In this document: piece by piece, positions 42,910 to 57,270 of the stretch | How positions within the stretch are numbered: the first letter of the stretch is position 1 | Layout of the letters: every line of letters begins with the position of its first letter | Source: the human T2T-CHM13v2.0 reference genome, Homo sapiens | NCBI RefSeq assembly: GCF_009914755.1 | Contig: NC_060928.1 | Reading direction: 5' to 3' (one strand) | Length of the DNA stretch: 64,000 nt | Program-made: the position numbers and the translations under genes | Notes under the pieces: generated by a model | The model's database searches: none | What the model saw: the letters and a program-made list of their open reading frames with translations, nothing else | Told to the model about the DNA's origin: nothing

Positions 42910-43050
42910 TTCTATTCTGTCCAATGTGATAGCCCCTAGCCATACATGGCTAACGAACAATGAAAATGTGGCTAACGCGTCCCAGGAACTTAATTTTTAC
43001 TTTTAATTAATTTAAATATTCACATGTAGTCAGTAGCTACTATATTTTAC
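42910..43050. mobile_element. MER3-like hAT MITE
   Basis: CTGTCCAAT...TAGCCCCTAGCCATACATGGCTA...AAATGTGGCTA. Confidence 0.6.
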
Positions 43051-43224
43051 TGTTTTTATTAGATAGTCTACTTATTGTTTATGTTATTCATTATCTGCTT
43101 TCCCCACCTAGAATATAAGGATGTAAGTTCCTTGAAAGCAGAGATTTTTGTCTGTTTCTTCACTTATGAATTCAAGTGCCTAGAACAGTGTCTGTCACCT
43201 AAAAGTACCACATAAATATTTGTG

Positions 43225-43580
43225 GTACTTAGTTTAGGATGCTATACCAAAAATACTATATACTGGATGGCTTAAACAGCAAATAATTATTTCTCACAAT
43301 TTTGAAGGCTGTGAAGTTCAAGATCAAGGTGCTGGCAGATTTAGTTTCTGGTAATGAAACTTTTTCTGGTTTGCAGAGGTACACCTTCTTGCTTTGTCCT
43401 CACATGGTATGGAGATCATATCTCTTGTGTCTCTTCTTGTAAGGACACTGATCTTGGCTTGAGGGCTCCACTCTCATGATCTAATTACTTCCCAAAGGTG
43501 CCACCTCCAAATATCATCATATTGGGGATTAGGGTTTCAACATATTAATTTTGTGATGACACAGACATTCTGGTAGTCCC
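43225..43580 (-). mobile_element. MLT1A-like MaLR LTR
   Basis: TTATTTCTCACA...AAGTTCAAGATCAAGGTGCTGGCAGATT. Confidence 0.8.
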
Positions 43581-43601
43581 TACAATAATATATTTTTAAA
43601 A

Positions 43602-44515
43602 CTTTTATTTTAGTTTCGGGAGTACATGTACAGGTTTGTTCTATAGATAAATTGTGTGTTGTGGGGGTTTGGTGTACATATTATTTTGTCATCCAAGTAA
43701 TAAGCATAGTACCCAACAGGTAGTTTTTTGATCCTCCCCCTCCTCTCACTTCCGCCCTCAAGTAGGCCCTGGTGTCTGTTATTCCCTTCTTTGTGTCCAT
43801 GTGTACTCAATGTTTAGCTCCCAGTTAGAGTGAGAACATGCAGTGTTTGGTTTTCTATTACTGCGTTAGTTTGCTTAGGAATATTATAGCCTCCAGCTCC
43901 ATGCATGTTGCTGCAAAGCACATGATCTCATTCTTTTTTATTCCCTTTGTATATATACCACATTTTCTTTATCCAGTCTACTATTGATGGGCATTTAGGT
44001 TGATTCCATGTCTTTGCTATTGTGAATAGTGGTGCAATGAACATCCGTGTGAATGTGTCTTTATGGTAGAACAATTTATATTTCTTTGGGTAAATACCTA
44101 ATAATGGGATTGTGACCTTACAATGATGCCTGCACATTTAAGGAGACAGCCAGCTCTTCTGACCTTTGCAGTGTTCTTCTGGTGGAGACAGACCTTTAGT
44201 ATTTAGTGTAGTTGAATGGTACTTCTGTATTAAGTTATTTGAGAAATTGCCAAACTGCTTTCCACAGTGGCTGAATCAATTTACATTCCCAGAAGTGTAT
44301 AAGCATTCCCTTTTCTCTGCAGCCTCACCAGCATCTGTTGTTTTTTGACTTTTTAATAATAGGCATTATGACTTATGTGAGATGGTATCTCATTGTGGTT
44401 TTGACTTGAATTTCTCTAATGATTAGTGATGATGATCATTTGTTCATAGGCTTGTTGGCTGCATGTATGCCTTCTTTTGAGATGTGTCTGTTCATATCCT
44501 TTGCCCACTTTTAAT
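43602..44515 (-). mobile_element. 5'-truncated L1PA15/16-like 3' end
   Basis: 3' UTR signature GCATAGTACCCAACAGGTAGTTTTTTGATCC...CCTCAAGTAGGCCC. Confidence 0.85.
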
Positions 44516-44688
44516 TTTGCTTTTGCCTCCTATAACTGTGTTCTTAATCTACCTATAATCTAAAAATTTCAGTAGGTCAAGTTAAAATTTTCTTCCTCAG
44601 CTAAGGTAATTATTCTTCAAAGAGTACAGGGAGGGCAGATATATCCCATGGAGGAACATTCTCAGTCCCTCTTCAGCCTCTCCAGATA

Positions 44689-46407
44689 CAGTCGTACATT
44701 GCTTAACAACAGAGATACATTCTGAGAAATGCATCATTAGGCAATTTTGTCATTGTGTGAACATACACAAACTTAGATGGTATAGCCTACTACATACCTA
44801 GGCTATATGGCACACCCTCTTGCTCCTAGACTACAAACATGTATAATATGTTACTATGCTGGATATTGTAGCCAGTGTAACATAATGGTAAGTATTTGTG
44901 TGCCTGAATACAGAAAAGGTACAGTAAAAATATGGTATAAAATATAAAAATAGCACAACTCTATAGGGCACTTACCAAGAATGGAGCCTACTGGATTGGA
45001 AGTTGCTCTGAATAAGTCAGTGAGAGAGCAGTGAGTGAATGTGAACCTAGGATGTTGCTGTATACTACTGTAGTCTTTATAAACACTGTATACTTAGGCT
45101 ACACTAAATCTCAAAAAAAAATTTCTCTTTCTTCAATAATAAATCAACCTTTGTTTACTGTAACATTTTTACTTTATAAACTTTTAAAAATCTTTTTGAT
45201 GATTTTATAGTAATTTATAAGCTTAAAATCCAAGCTCATTGCGTTTTGCACAATGTACAAAAATATTTTCCTTATAACCTTATTCTATAAATTTTTTCTC
45301 TTTTCAACATTTTATTTTTACTTTTCAAACATTTTTGTTAAAAACTAAGACACAAACACACACACTGGCTAGGACCACACAGGGTATGGATCATCAGTCT
45401 TACTGTCTTCCACCTCCATATCTTGTCCCACTGGACTTTGTTCAGGGGCAGTAACTCGATGGAACTATCATTGCCTATGATAACAATGTCTTCTTCTGGA
45501 ATTCCTCCTGAAGGACCTGTCTGAGGCCCTGAGGCTGTTTTACAGTTAACTTAAAATAAAAGGTAGAAGAAGTACACTCAAAAATAGTGATTAAGAGTCT
45601 AGTATATTGTCAGCTAAAGGAAAATCAGGCTTTTAAAGAATTAAAGTTTTATTCAGATGTCTTACTGAGGATTGCAACCTCTGAGAATCTTTCAGGGAGC
45701 TTCTGTTAGACTTCTTTAAGGCAGTGTTGCAGCCCGCAGCTTACATACAGGTGAAAGCAGCTCTGCATGTGCTCAGAAGTTACATTAAGTGTGCTCAGAA
45801 CTTACATTAGGGCAAAATCTCATCAAAATGTGGGTGCAAGGGTACATCTGGTTACAGATTATAGAGGCACAATCATTAATCCTGTCAGACATTATCTTAT
45901 GTATAGGAAGAGGCAAGGGCTAGGATTACTGAACTTATCTTTTCTAAAAACATGGTGATTCAGGCAAGAGACATGGGAATCTGTGCTCTATCCTGCTTAT
46001 CATCTTCAGGGCATTTTTCAGAGGGCTGTGCTCAGTCACCGAGTCAGGGCCTTTGTGAAATTCTCCTGGCAAGCAGAATGAGCAAACATGACTCCTTACA
46101 TTTGCTACTTTGTCTCACAATAGTAAATACATAAACCAGTAACATAGTTGTTTATTATCAAGTATTATGTATTATACATAACCATATGTGTTATACTTTT
46201 ATACAACAGACATTGTGGTAGGTTTGTTCACAGCAGCATCACCACAAACACATGAGTAATGCGTTGCGTTATGACATTATATTATGAGGGCTATGATGTC
46301 ACTAGGCAATAGTTTTCAGCTCCATTAGAATATTACGGGACTACTGTCATATATGTGATCTGTTGACTGAAATGTCATTCATTACATGACACATTGGTAC
46401 ATGATTG
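44689..46407. mobile_element. Tigger3 (Golem, Tigger3b-like) interrupted by an LTR
   Basis: TA|CAGTCGTACATTGCTTAACAAC start, CATGATTG|TA end. Confidence 0.85.
45608..46119 (-). mobile_element. ERV1 solo LTR (MER67-like)
   Basis: TG/CA ends; reverse complement begins TGTGAGACAAAGTAGCAAATGTAAG; TSD ATAT/ATAG; Tigger3 sequence resumes after it. Confidence 0.7.
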
Positions 46408-47059
46408 TATTTGGAGCTACCCTCAACTCTAGCTGACCTTGTTTACAGCTAGATGTCAAGCTTTGTTCCTTCCACCAAAAAAAAAAAAAAAAAAAAAGCA
46501 ACCTCACAGTGTGATCTCAAACTTTCATTTCATTTCAAAATATCTCACTCACTATTTTTTCTTTCCAGGTTCCAATAACAACTATTGATAGCTTTAGGCA
46601 TATGTATGTGTTTAGTAACTTCAGGGATGGATTTAACCTGGAAACTTAAGCAGATTGCATGTAACTTGCATTCTAGAAAATATGCACAGAGCATTCCGTT
46701 GTGGGCCTGACCCAACCAATAAAGCCTCAGGACAGGAAGTCCGAGATTTAGCTAGCAGTCCACCTGAGAGCTCCCTCTGTAAGATAGCACACAGTTAATA
46801 CAGGTATGCTTTATTTAGAATTTGAGATGAGTTTTAAAAACTTGAAAAACAACTGGCAAGCCTTTTATATAGCAGCATCATCTTACATAGTGGAAATAAT
46901 AAATCATAAATCATTTCATAAGTAGTTTTTTTATTTCGAACAAACTGAGAGTTCTAAAAAATTAGCACATTGACCCTAATTACTGAAAGGACTACCATTG
47001 TCTATTTTCTCTATTTTGCTTTTACTGTCCTTTTCCATAAGAGTGGCAATAAAAGTTAA

Positions 47060-47290
47060 AAACAACCACTGAGCATTTATTAAGTGCAAGAGATTTTTAC
47101 TAAGCAATTTGCATGTACATATTATATAAACCTTACAAAAATCTTATGAGGTAGATGCTATCCATATTTTGCAGATGAGAAATTTGGAACTTAAGTAACG
47201 TGCCCAAGGTCACAAGCTATGAAACAGCAGCAAAACATGGATTTGTACCAGGTCTAACACCCAACTCCAACCTTTAACCATTTTACTGCA
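47060..47290 (-). mobile_element. MIR
   Basis: ATTTTGCAGATGAGAAA...GCCCAAGGTCACA. Confidence 0.75.
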
Positions 47291-47738
47291 AGCGTCACAG
47301 CTGTCCCTGACTACTATAGCTATTTTCCTGCTTTACTTCTAGGTTTCCCTAGGGTTCTTGTATAGCAAGAGCCAAAACACATTGAACAGATTTTCTGTAG
47401 CAGAAGCCATACTAGGAACCAGGCAGTCAATGGCACTGGCTGAATTATGGGGTGCAAGAGAATCAGTAGCAGTTCCAAATGAGAAAATTCTGACTTACTG
47501 GGCATTTTGTAGCCACAGAAACTGGTTTTCCATATTCCTTTGATAATTTTGAAGTAGGTACTCTAACTATGTTCTTAATCTTCCTATAAACTAACAATTT
47601 CCATAGGTCAACTAAAAATTTTCTTTCTATCCCTATTACTCCCCAATTTTTTTCTAAAACAGAGAAGAGAGTGAAATGAAATGCATAGATAAGAATACAT
47701 ATATATATAATGCAAATATATATATATGTTTAGTTGTC

Positions 47739-48037
47739 ATAGTGTAAGCAAACATCACCTTTATGGTCTCTTTAATGCACATTTTTGCATTTTATACTTT
47801 ATGTTGGCGATTTTGCTATTTAAAGTGCACGTCCATGCATAGTGCTGAAACACTGTCTGGTATCCCTAAGCACAAGAAGGCTGTGCCTTACGATGAAGAT
47901 AAGTATTTGAGATAAGCTTCATTCAGGCGTGAGTTATACAACTATTGACCATGACTTCAATGTTAATAAATAAACAACATATATTAAATAAAGCATTTTT
48001 TTAAAGAAACACATTTGAACAAGGTTATATACTAATT
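47739..48037 (+). mobile_element. MER82 internal fragment
   Basis: CCTAAGCACAAGAAGGCTGTG...AGATAAGCTTCATTCAGGC; homologous to the reverse complement of part of 1707-2372. Confidence 0.75.
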
Positions 48038-48299
48038 CTTAAAATTAAAAAACCCTCCTTGGAAATTGAAGAGGAAGGAATACTTACTAACTCATTTTCT
48101 GAGGCCAGCATTACTCTAATATCAAAACCAGACAAATATAGTACAAGGAAAAAAAACCTGCAGAACACTTTTTATTTTAAATATTTTTAGCAAATTGAAT
48201 CTAACAAGATATTAGTTAATACATCATGATCAAATTGGGTCTGTCCTAGGAATACAAAGTTGGTATAATATTTGAAAAATCAATCAGTGTAAACCACTG

Positions 48300-48724
48300 C
48301 AGAGTGTTTGCCACATGTCAAGTTGTCTAGTCTGAAATGTTTCCAAGAATCCTGTCTTGGTATGTTTTTTGTGAAAGTGGGCCACCAAGGGGACTCGTGA
48401 ACATTAGAGGACAGGTAACTGAAGCAGCAGCCATTTTGTAGCTCACATTGCTATTTATCTGCTGATTCACCAACCTGGTCTGGGGCAGCAGGGGGGCCTG
48501 CAACTTCTCCACTTCACCTGGACCCTCCTTCAGCATCTCTTAGTCTTGGGGCAACTGTGTGTTTAGCTCCATGATGAAGGATGCCAGCCTCTCAGGCAGG
48601 AAACCTATGCTTTCAGCTTAGATACAACCACAAGTGACATGAGTTTCAGTCTCTCTTCACGGCTTCCAGCTCAGGATTGTGGGTTCCACCTAACCCTTCT
48701 GAAATCCACATTTGCTTCTTTCCT

Positions 48725-48761
<37 letters not shown>

Positions 48762-49212
48762 CAGAGTCTCACTCTGTCACCCAGGCTGGAGTGCAGTGGC
48801 CCAATCTCTGCTGACTGCAACCTCTGCCTCCGGAGTTCAAGCAATTCTTGTGCCTCAGCCTCCTGAGTAGCTGGGACTACAGGTGTGCACCACCACATCT
48901 GGCTAATTTTTGTAATTTTAGTAGAGATGGGGTTTCGCCATATTGGCCAGGCTGGTCTCAATCTCCTGACCTTGTGATTCGCCCACTTTGGACTCCCAAA
49001 TTGCTGGGATTACAGGGGTGAGCCACCGTGCCCGGCCCACATTTCCTTCTTAACTGCTTGCCTGGCAGACTTTAAGCTTCAACCTTAGGCATGAAGACTC
49101 ACAGAAACTACTTAATTAGATACCCAAGTATGATAAGGTCAAATTTTTATGATTAATCCCTTATGAGACTGCATAGTGACTCTGCTTCACTGATTGAACT
49201 CTGACTAATACA
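48300..49212 (+). mobile_element. ERV-L LTR (MLT2F/LTR52-like) containing an Alu
   Basis: ATGTCAAGTTGTCTAG start; CTGATTGAACTCTGACTAATACA end. Confidence 0.55.
48727..49037 (-). mobile_element. AluS
   Basis: Long poly-T, dimer, TSD CACATTT(G/C)CTTCTT. Confidence 0.92.
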
Positions 49213-50548
49213 TTCACCACACTGAGATTAAGAAACAAACAAAAAAAACCCATGATCATCTCAATATATACAGAAAGAAGAATTTGACAAAATTGAACAT
49301 ATTGAACATTGATTTCTGTTAGAAAGTCTCAGCAAACTAGGAACAACTACAAAAATAAGTATTCAGCATGATAAAATGTCCTGAACATGTAAAAGCCTAT
49401 AGCTAATATCATACTTAGTATTGAAAGACTGAATGCTTTCCCCCTGGGATCAGGAACAAGGCACAGATGTCAGCTCTCACCATTTCTATTTGGCTTTATA
49501 CTGGAAATTCTGGCTAGGAAAGTAAAATAAGAAAAAGAAATAAAAAGCAGATTGGAAAAGAATAATTAAAACTCTATTCACAGATGATATCATCAAAGTA
49601 GAAAATCTAATAGAATCTATACAAATGCTACTAGAATAAAGAAACTTTGGCAAGATGACGATATACGAGGTCAGTATACAACAGTGAATTGTGTTCCCGA
49701 ATAACTGGAAGCTGAAATTTAAAAAAAAAAAACTAAACTAGATTAAAAAATAAGAAATACTTAGGAATGAAATAGGACAAAATATGAGAAATACCACTAC
49801 ATTTAAACTTGCAAAATATACTGAAAGAGATAGAAAACCAAAAGAAACAGAGAGATGTACTGTATTCATGAATTGAAAGACTCCATATTGTTAAAATGTA
49901 ATTTCTCCTTAAAATGACCTGTAGATTTAATGCAATTCTAGTAAAATTCTAGTAACCTTGTTGTAGAAATTAACTGCTTCTAAAATTCATAGAAAAATGC
50001 AGAAGACATAAAGTAGCCCAAACAACTTTGAAAAAAAAAAAAAATCAAAGTTGGAGAACAAATGTTACCTAACTTAAAGACTTCCTATAAAGCTATAGTA
50101 GATAAGACAATGAAGTATTGCATGTTGGGTTAAAGATAAATAAACACATCAGTGCAATAGAACAGAGACTTCAGAAATATACCCACATATCTATGATTAA
50201 TTTTTAACAACAGTGTAAAGGCAATTCAATAGGAAAGAAAAGTCTCATCAATGAACACTGCTGAAACAATTGGATAGCCAAATACAGAATGAACTTTCAT
50301 CCTACCTCATACCATATAATACAAAACCTGAAATTATAAAACTTCTGGAACTAAACTTAGGAGCAAATCTTTGTGTCTTTTCTTAGATATAACACCAAAA
50401 GCATGATCCATAAATGAAAAATTGAAGCATTCAACTTCATGAAAATTAAGAATTTCTGTACTTTGAAAGACATTGTTAGGAGAATGAAAAAACAAGATAC
50501 GGACTAAAAAATTTTGCCAATTTTGTTTCTGATAGAAGTCTTTTATCC

Positions 50549-51398
<850 letters not shown>

Positions 51399-52422
51399 CC
51401 ATAATATATTTTTAAAAACTTCCAAAACTCCAAAGAAAAATGCAAAAAAAATAAATATGGTCAAATGATTTTAACAGGCACTTGAACAAAGAAGATATAT
51501 GGATGACAATTAAGTACATGAAAAGATGCTGAACATAATTCATCATTAGTAAGATGAAAATTAAAACCACAGTGATTTATTAGTACATACTTATTAGGAT
51601 GGTTAAAACAAAAGAGACTATATCAAGGTGGTCAGGATGTAGAGGAACTGAAACTCTCATACGTGTTAGCAAGAAAGTGAACTAATAAAACCACTTTGGA
51701 AAACAGTTTTTTAGTTGTGTAATATGCTAAACATGCGCTTATTATATAATACAGCTATTGTACTCCCTCAAAAAATGAAAGCACATGTCCATGCAAAGTC
51801 TTTTATGTAAGTGTTCATAGCAGCTTTATTTGTAATAACCAAAAAACAGGAAAAGGTTCATATGTTATCAAGTGAATGGATAAACAAATTGTGGTAAATC
51901 CATTCAATTGGAAAGTGCCTAGCAATAAAACAGAGTGGACTATTGATACATATAACAACATGTATAATCCAAAATAATTATGCTAAGTGACAGAAGCCAG
52001 AAAATAGTACATACTATATTATTCTATTTATTAAAAGTCCTAGAAAATGCAAACTGATTTATAGATAGAATGCAGGGTAGTGCTTACCTGGGAATGGAGC
52101 AGCAAGGAGGAAGAGGGATATATAATAAAAATCATGAAGAAACTTTTAGGGGTGATAGCTATGTTCATTATTTTAATTTCAATGATGGTTTCATGGGCAT
52201 ATTCATATGTCAAATCTTATCAAATTGTTTGTGTATGCATTTTATTCTATGTCAATTGTACCTCAATAAATCAGTTTAAAATATAAGTCTAATTTAATTG
52301 CTTTTAATAATAGCAACTTAAGCTTACTTAGGGTTTGCTATATTGCAGAAATTTTTCTCTGTCCTTGATGTATATTAATGTAAGCCTTATAATAACCCCA
52401 TGAAGTAAGGACAAAACAATTC

Positions 52423-52535
52423 GCAGTATCCAACTCCCGGCCTCAAGCGGTTCTCATGTCTCAGCCTCCCGAGTACCTGGGATTATAGGCACCCGCCACC
52501 ACGTTGGCTAACTTTTTTGTATTTTTAGTAGAGGC
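52423..52535 (-). mobile_element. Internal Alu fragment with no ends or tail, inside a MIR
   Basis: 100/113 identical to 51175-51287 by manual alignment. Confidence 0.85.
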
Positions 52536-55102
52536 CGATGTTTTATAATCCCTGTTTTCCAGATGATAAAAATGATCTGGAGAAGTGAATTAAATTTCCT
52601 GAAAGTCACACTTCCAGTAATACAGCTGAGGGCTTATGCCAGACTGTCTGGTTCCATAGTCCACATACGTGTCCTCTAGGCTACACTGCTCCTTGGGGAA
52701 GGGTTGAGTTGCTGTGTTAAAATTAGATGTCCATGTCTAAATGTCCTGATGACTATTGCATTTGTTTTTGGAGTTCAGCAAGCCTGCACTACCATGTCTC
52801 TTGTATTGGCTCAAATCTTCCACTATTTTCTTTGCTGACCTATTTCGCTTTTCCAATGCATCATGACATTATTTCTATTTTCTGTGTAGTCAATTCAATA
52901 TTAAGTTCACGATTGTTTATTTCTAATTGGTACACAGTAATTAGATTTATACTATATGGCAATTATAAATGGCAATCACATATACAAGAGCTATCAGCAT
53001 TATTTGATTATAATGTGGTCATTCAGATGATCTGGGGTATGTTTGTGCTAATATTTTATTATTATCATCAAACTGAAAACAATTTCTCAAAAATTGGGTT
53101 AGGTAACTTGAGAGCTTCTGAAGGTATGTCTACCATCATCCAAACATCAAAACTCAGTTAGACAGCATTGAACTAGAAGAGGTAAGTGCTGAACACATTT
53201 ATTTTTAGTCCCTCACCCTATAACTTGGCAGCCAAGTATACCTCTCCACAGTTCTGGTTAAGTAATCACATTTAAGCTTTCTGCCTTGCAATCATGAGCC
53301 ATTTAATTTCAGTTGATGTTAAGTTTCTTTATCTATTAAATTTAAATCATAGTGTCTTGCACCATAGATGTTTATATTAAACACACACACACACACTTTT
53401 ATAAATACAATATATACATATATATGTATATACACGCACATATGCTATATAATTTATATATAAATGCTTATATAATTTATACACACACATATATAAATGC
53501 TTCTCATATATATTTTAAGGTTATGATATAATTAAAGAGAATTTCTTTCTTAAATTGACCTCACTTTTTGTAACACAAGTTTGTATTCTATGTATTGCCA
53601 TCTCCAGAATTTACTAGCTGTTCAATCTTGGGCAAATCACTAAAGCTCTCTCTACTTTGAATTCCTCATGTATAACATAGGCATAATAACAAATGAACTT
53701 CACAAGGTTGGTAGGCAAATTCAATGAATTAAACTTTTGAAGCTGGTGGAAGAATGTTTGGCCAGTGCTTGAAGGTTTCTGCAATACCTGTTAGTTCTTA
53801 GAAGGGTTGATATTTTACAAGGACCACCTTCTGGGGATGGAATGTTTTCCAAACCCCTTCTTTTTGACAAGCCATGTTTTGTCTGTCCTCGCTCAAATTT
53901 TGCATAAGAATTGCTTTTTCCATAACCAAATCTTATAAATTGCTTCATTTCTTTAACAACGGAAATTGGTTACAATTTACAAAATTGAGCAGGGATGTGG
54001 AATTTATTTTTTAATCTATTTTTTAATGGATAGAATATTGAAAGATTGCTTTTAGACAAAAGTATGCTTTTATGTAATTTAAACAAACTATACCTAAGTA
54101 TTGTAGTGATGTAGAGTAGGAAAAGTTTTAAAATTTTAGGAGTTTAAATCAATCATCATGACTTATCACTGTAGTAGCAGGTAAAAACAAAAGCTTGGAG
54201 ATATTTTCTAAATTTTTCCTTACATTTTTGTCTCCTTAAGCTAAGCTTATAAATTTGATTTTTTTAAATATTTTCTTTTGCTTGTTTCAGAAGTTAATAA
54301 TGGGGTAGGGGATGCAGTAGAAAAAGGCAAGGTCTTTCTGTTCTCCTCAGTAGTAGTGGGAATATACAATACTCTCCATATTTTAGTTTAATCTTTCCCT
54401 AGGGTTGTCACAGTACACTAAGAATTAGAGAAAATGAACCATCATGGTTCTATAAAATACTAATATAAGAACCTCATCAACAATAAGAATAATAGCAACA
54501 GTATATTAGCTTATTTTACAATGAACACAGTACACAAACTCCAAAACTCCCGCAATCCTCACAACAATCTTACAATGTAAATATGTACTAAAATGCATAT
54601 GTTTTGCAAATGAGGCAACTGAGACTCAATGAGGTTAAACAATTTGCCCAGCAACATGGCACTGGAGCTTAGACAAACACGAATCTTCTGATTGCATGTC
54701 CAGAACACTTTTCCAGGTTTGTTGTTTTGTTTCCGATTCCTTTCTTATAATCCCTGGCATTGTTGTTGACCTTTTAGCCCTGCAAATACTTAGGACCACT
54801 TCCTTTAGAACACCACCTACATCAAGTCTTAGGTGTTTACTTTGGCTATGCAAGTAGCTCAGTGTCCACTTTCTTATAAATATAGGTTAAGGTCACTTTT
54901 ATGTCCCTTCAATCAATGAGAACAGATCTTTCTACAATGTAATCCTATCAGTTCAGTACCTCACAAATCAAAAGAACCTAAAATCACCCCCAAACTTGAA
55001 AGGCGCACACTTTCCTGCCATCAAATGCTTAGGGTCTGTAATGTGTCTTATTTATTTTGGTTTTGTGTCATTTGAGTTTACAGATATCAATGTGAGGCTT
55101 AC

Positions 55103-55456
55103 TGTCTTTGTCCACTGGGCTGGTACAACAAAATACCACAGACTGGATAATTTATAAATGATAGAAATTCATTTCTCACAGTTGGGAAGGCTGGGAAGTC
55201 CAAGAGCAAGGCACTGGAATTTGGCATTTGGCGAGGGCCTTCTTGTTGCCTCTCCGTAACAGGAGACCAGAAGATGGAAAAACAAAAAGGGTAAAATTCT
55301 GTAGGAAGTTTCTTCTATAAGGACCTTGATCCCATTCACAAGAGAGGAGTCCTCATGATCTAATCACCTCTTAAAGGCCCCGTCTCTTAATAACATCACA
55401 TCGGCCATTCAGCATCAATACTTAGATTTTGGAGAGGACATATTCAAACCATAGCA
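55103..55456 (-). mobile_element. MST (C/D-like) MaLR LTR inserted in a MIR
   Basis: TG...CAAACCATAGCA; perfect TSD CTTAC. Confidence 0.85.
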
Positions 55457-55873
55457 CTTACTATGTGCCGAGTAATGTTCTAAAGATTTTATAAATATTA
55501 ATTTTTTCAGTCCTCATAATCTGAGTACTATTATTTCACTTATTTTGGTGGTAAAGGATGGAGAGGCACTTGCCCAAGTACACGAGGCTATTAAGTGGCT
55601 GAGCTTTGCACAATAATAGTTGTAGTCTGTAGAATCACAGCAGCCTCGAAGAACAACTGGTGAAATTCTACAGTTTAGACTGAAATTTGTGTTGTCACAG
55701 ATGGAGAACTCCATACTAACAATCTATTAGCTGTAACACGGAAACCAATAAATTATCTTGACTAATACAGGGATCCACAAGTCTGAATGGTGGATTAGAG
55801 GGCAATGTAGAAATAGTTCAATGAACGAGCAGAAACTGAATCCATAGCATTATCCAAGGCGCTCTTGGCTAGG

Positions 55874-55877
<4 letters not shown>

Positions 55878-55910
<33 letters not shown>
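55878..55910. repeat. (CA)n microsatellite
   Basis: Direct reading. Confidence 0.95.
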
Positions 55911-55911
<1 letters not shown>

Positions 55912-56269
55912 CAGTTAACCAAATTAAAAAGGGAAATTTCTTGCCATCAAATAACTATAGAACTTTTTTTGAGAAGACTAATTTCTTCGCCATTAACCCA
56001 TTCGTAATCTTTATGTCCAGAGTTAAAATAACCCCTTCAGGTATTGTTAGAAAGAATTTGGATCGATTGTGTAGATCTAAATTACATGTATAAATTGTCA
56101 TCCTGAAAGGGAAAATAAGTAGGCCTCTCTTCTTGCCTAAAACCTATATTTAAATAACAACAACAAAATGACTAAATTTATGTTGCGTTAATAATCTGCC
56201 TCTACCTTTTCATATAAACAGTTGGTGTGAAACTTAGAGTATTTTTGTTTTAAATAAAGAACACTAATA

Positions 56270-56510
56270 TTAACAATTTGAGCACTTAATCTGTGCCAGG
56301 CCCTTTTCTGAGAGCTTTATGCGATTACCTCATGTAATCCCCATAATGACCCTATGAAGCAGATTCTGTTATTACTCTCATTTTACAGTTAAAATAACTA
56401 AGACAAAATTTAAGTAATCAGCCTAAGGTCATATCTCGGCTAATGGGAGTGAGTGGAGCAGAGAGTTAAACCTAAAAAGTCTGACTTCAGAAATTTTGCT
56501 TCTAACTATT
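56270..56510 (-). mobile_element. MIR
   Basis: TGAGCACTTA...TGTGCCAGG...CATTTTACAG...CCTAAGGTCA. Confidence 0.75.
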
Positions 56511-57039
56511 GATAGGGAAGATTGTCAGAATAAAATAACTACAATTGAAGGACTTAGCATCCAGAAGCCTTGTTCACATTTCTATTTTAATTTTCAGAAG
56601 TCCCTGGAAGGTCAGTGAGTATCATCTGTATTTAGGAAAGCAAAGTGAAATGTCTCTCAAATACTAAAAAACAAAAAATAAAAAAATTTATCCTATATCC
56701 TGTAAAAATTCTACCAGTAAACACAACACAATGCTGTCTGAAAATGAATGCGTACTGAAGTCATTTTATGACTATTGCCTTGTGGCTTGTGAGCCCTGCC
56801 CAAGCAAAAGATAAGGTCTTCCATGGGGTTCTAAGAGCCTAACAATAGACCAGGCTTTTGACCAACAATTCCACATTATCAATTTTATTCATTTTTAAAA
56901 CTCTTAATGGAGGCATTGAGATTCTGATGATGCATTTATGTCTAGCTTGCAATTAGCTCTGAAATCTCCTGCTTACCATCAATTTGATATTTTAACTCTC
57001 TCCATACTAGTATCTTATATAAGAACCATAAACATATGA

Positions 57040-57270
57040 TATAGCCTTGTTATGTGCCAAGCACAGACCTAAGCACTTCATGTATTTTAACTCATTGAAT
57101 CCACACAACTGTATTAAATAAGTACTGTTATTATCACCATTTAAGACATAAAGATACTGTGGCACTGAGGTTAAATATCTTCAAGGTCACTTACTAGGTT
57201 AAATGGTAGAGCCAGAATCCAAGCTTGATAGTCTGGCCAAAAGACCATGTTCATAACCATTATACTGTAC
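57040..57270 (-). mobile_element. MIR
   Basis: ATGTGCCAAGCAC...CTAAGCACTT...CAAGGTCAC. Confidence 0.7.

Noticed and set aside
52727-53161. 144 aa hydrophobic ORF
   Set aside because: Composition reflects AT-rich DNA and there is no recognisable family.
56598-56614. Possible microexon between TTTTCAG and GTCAGT/GTGAGT
   Set aside because: No host gene evident; such motifs are frequent by chance.
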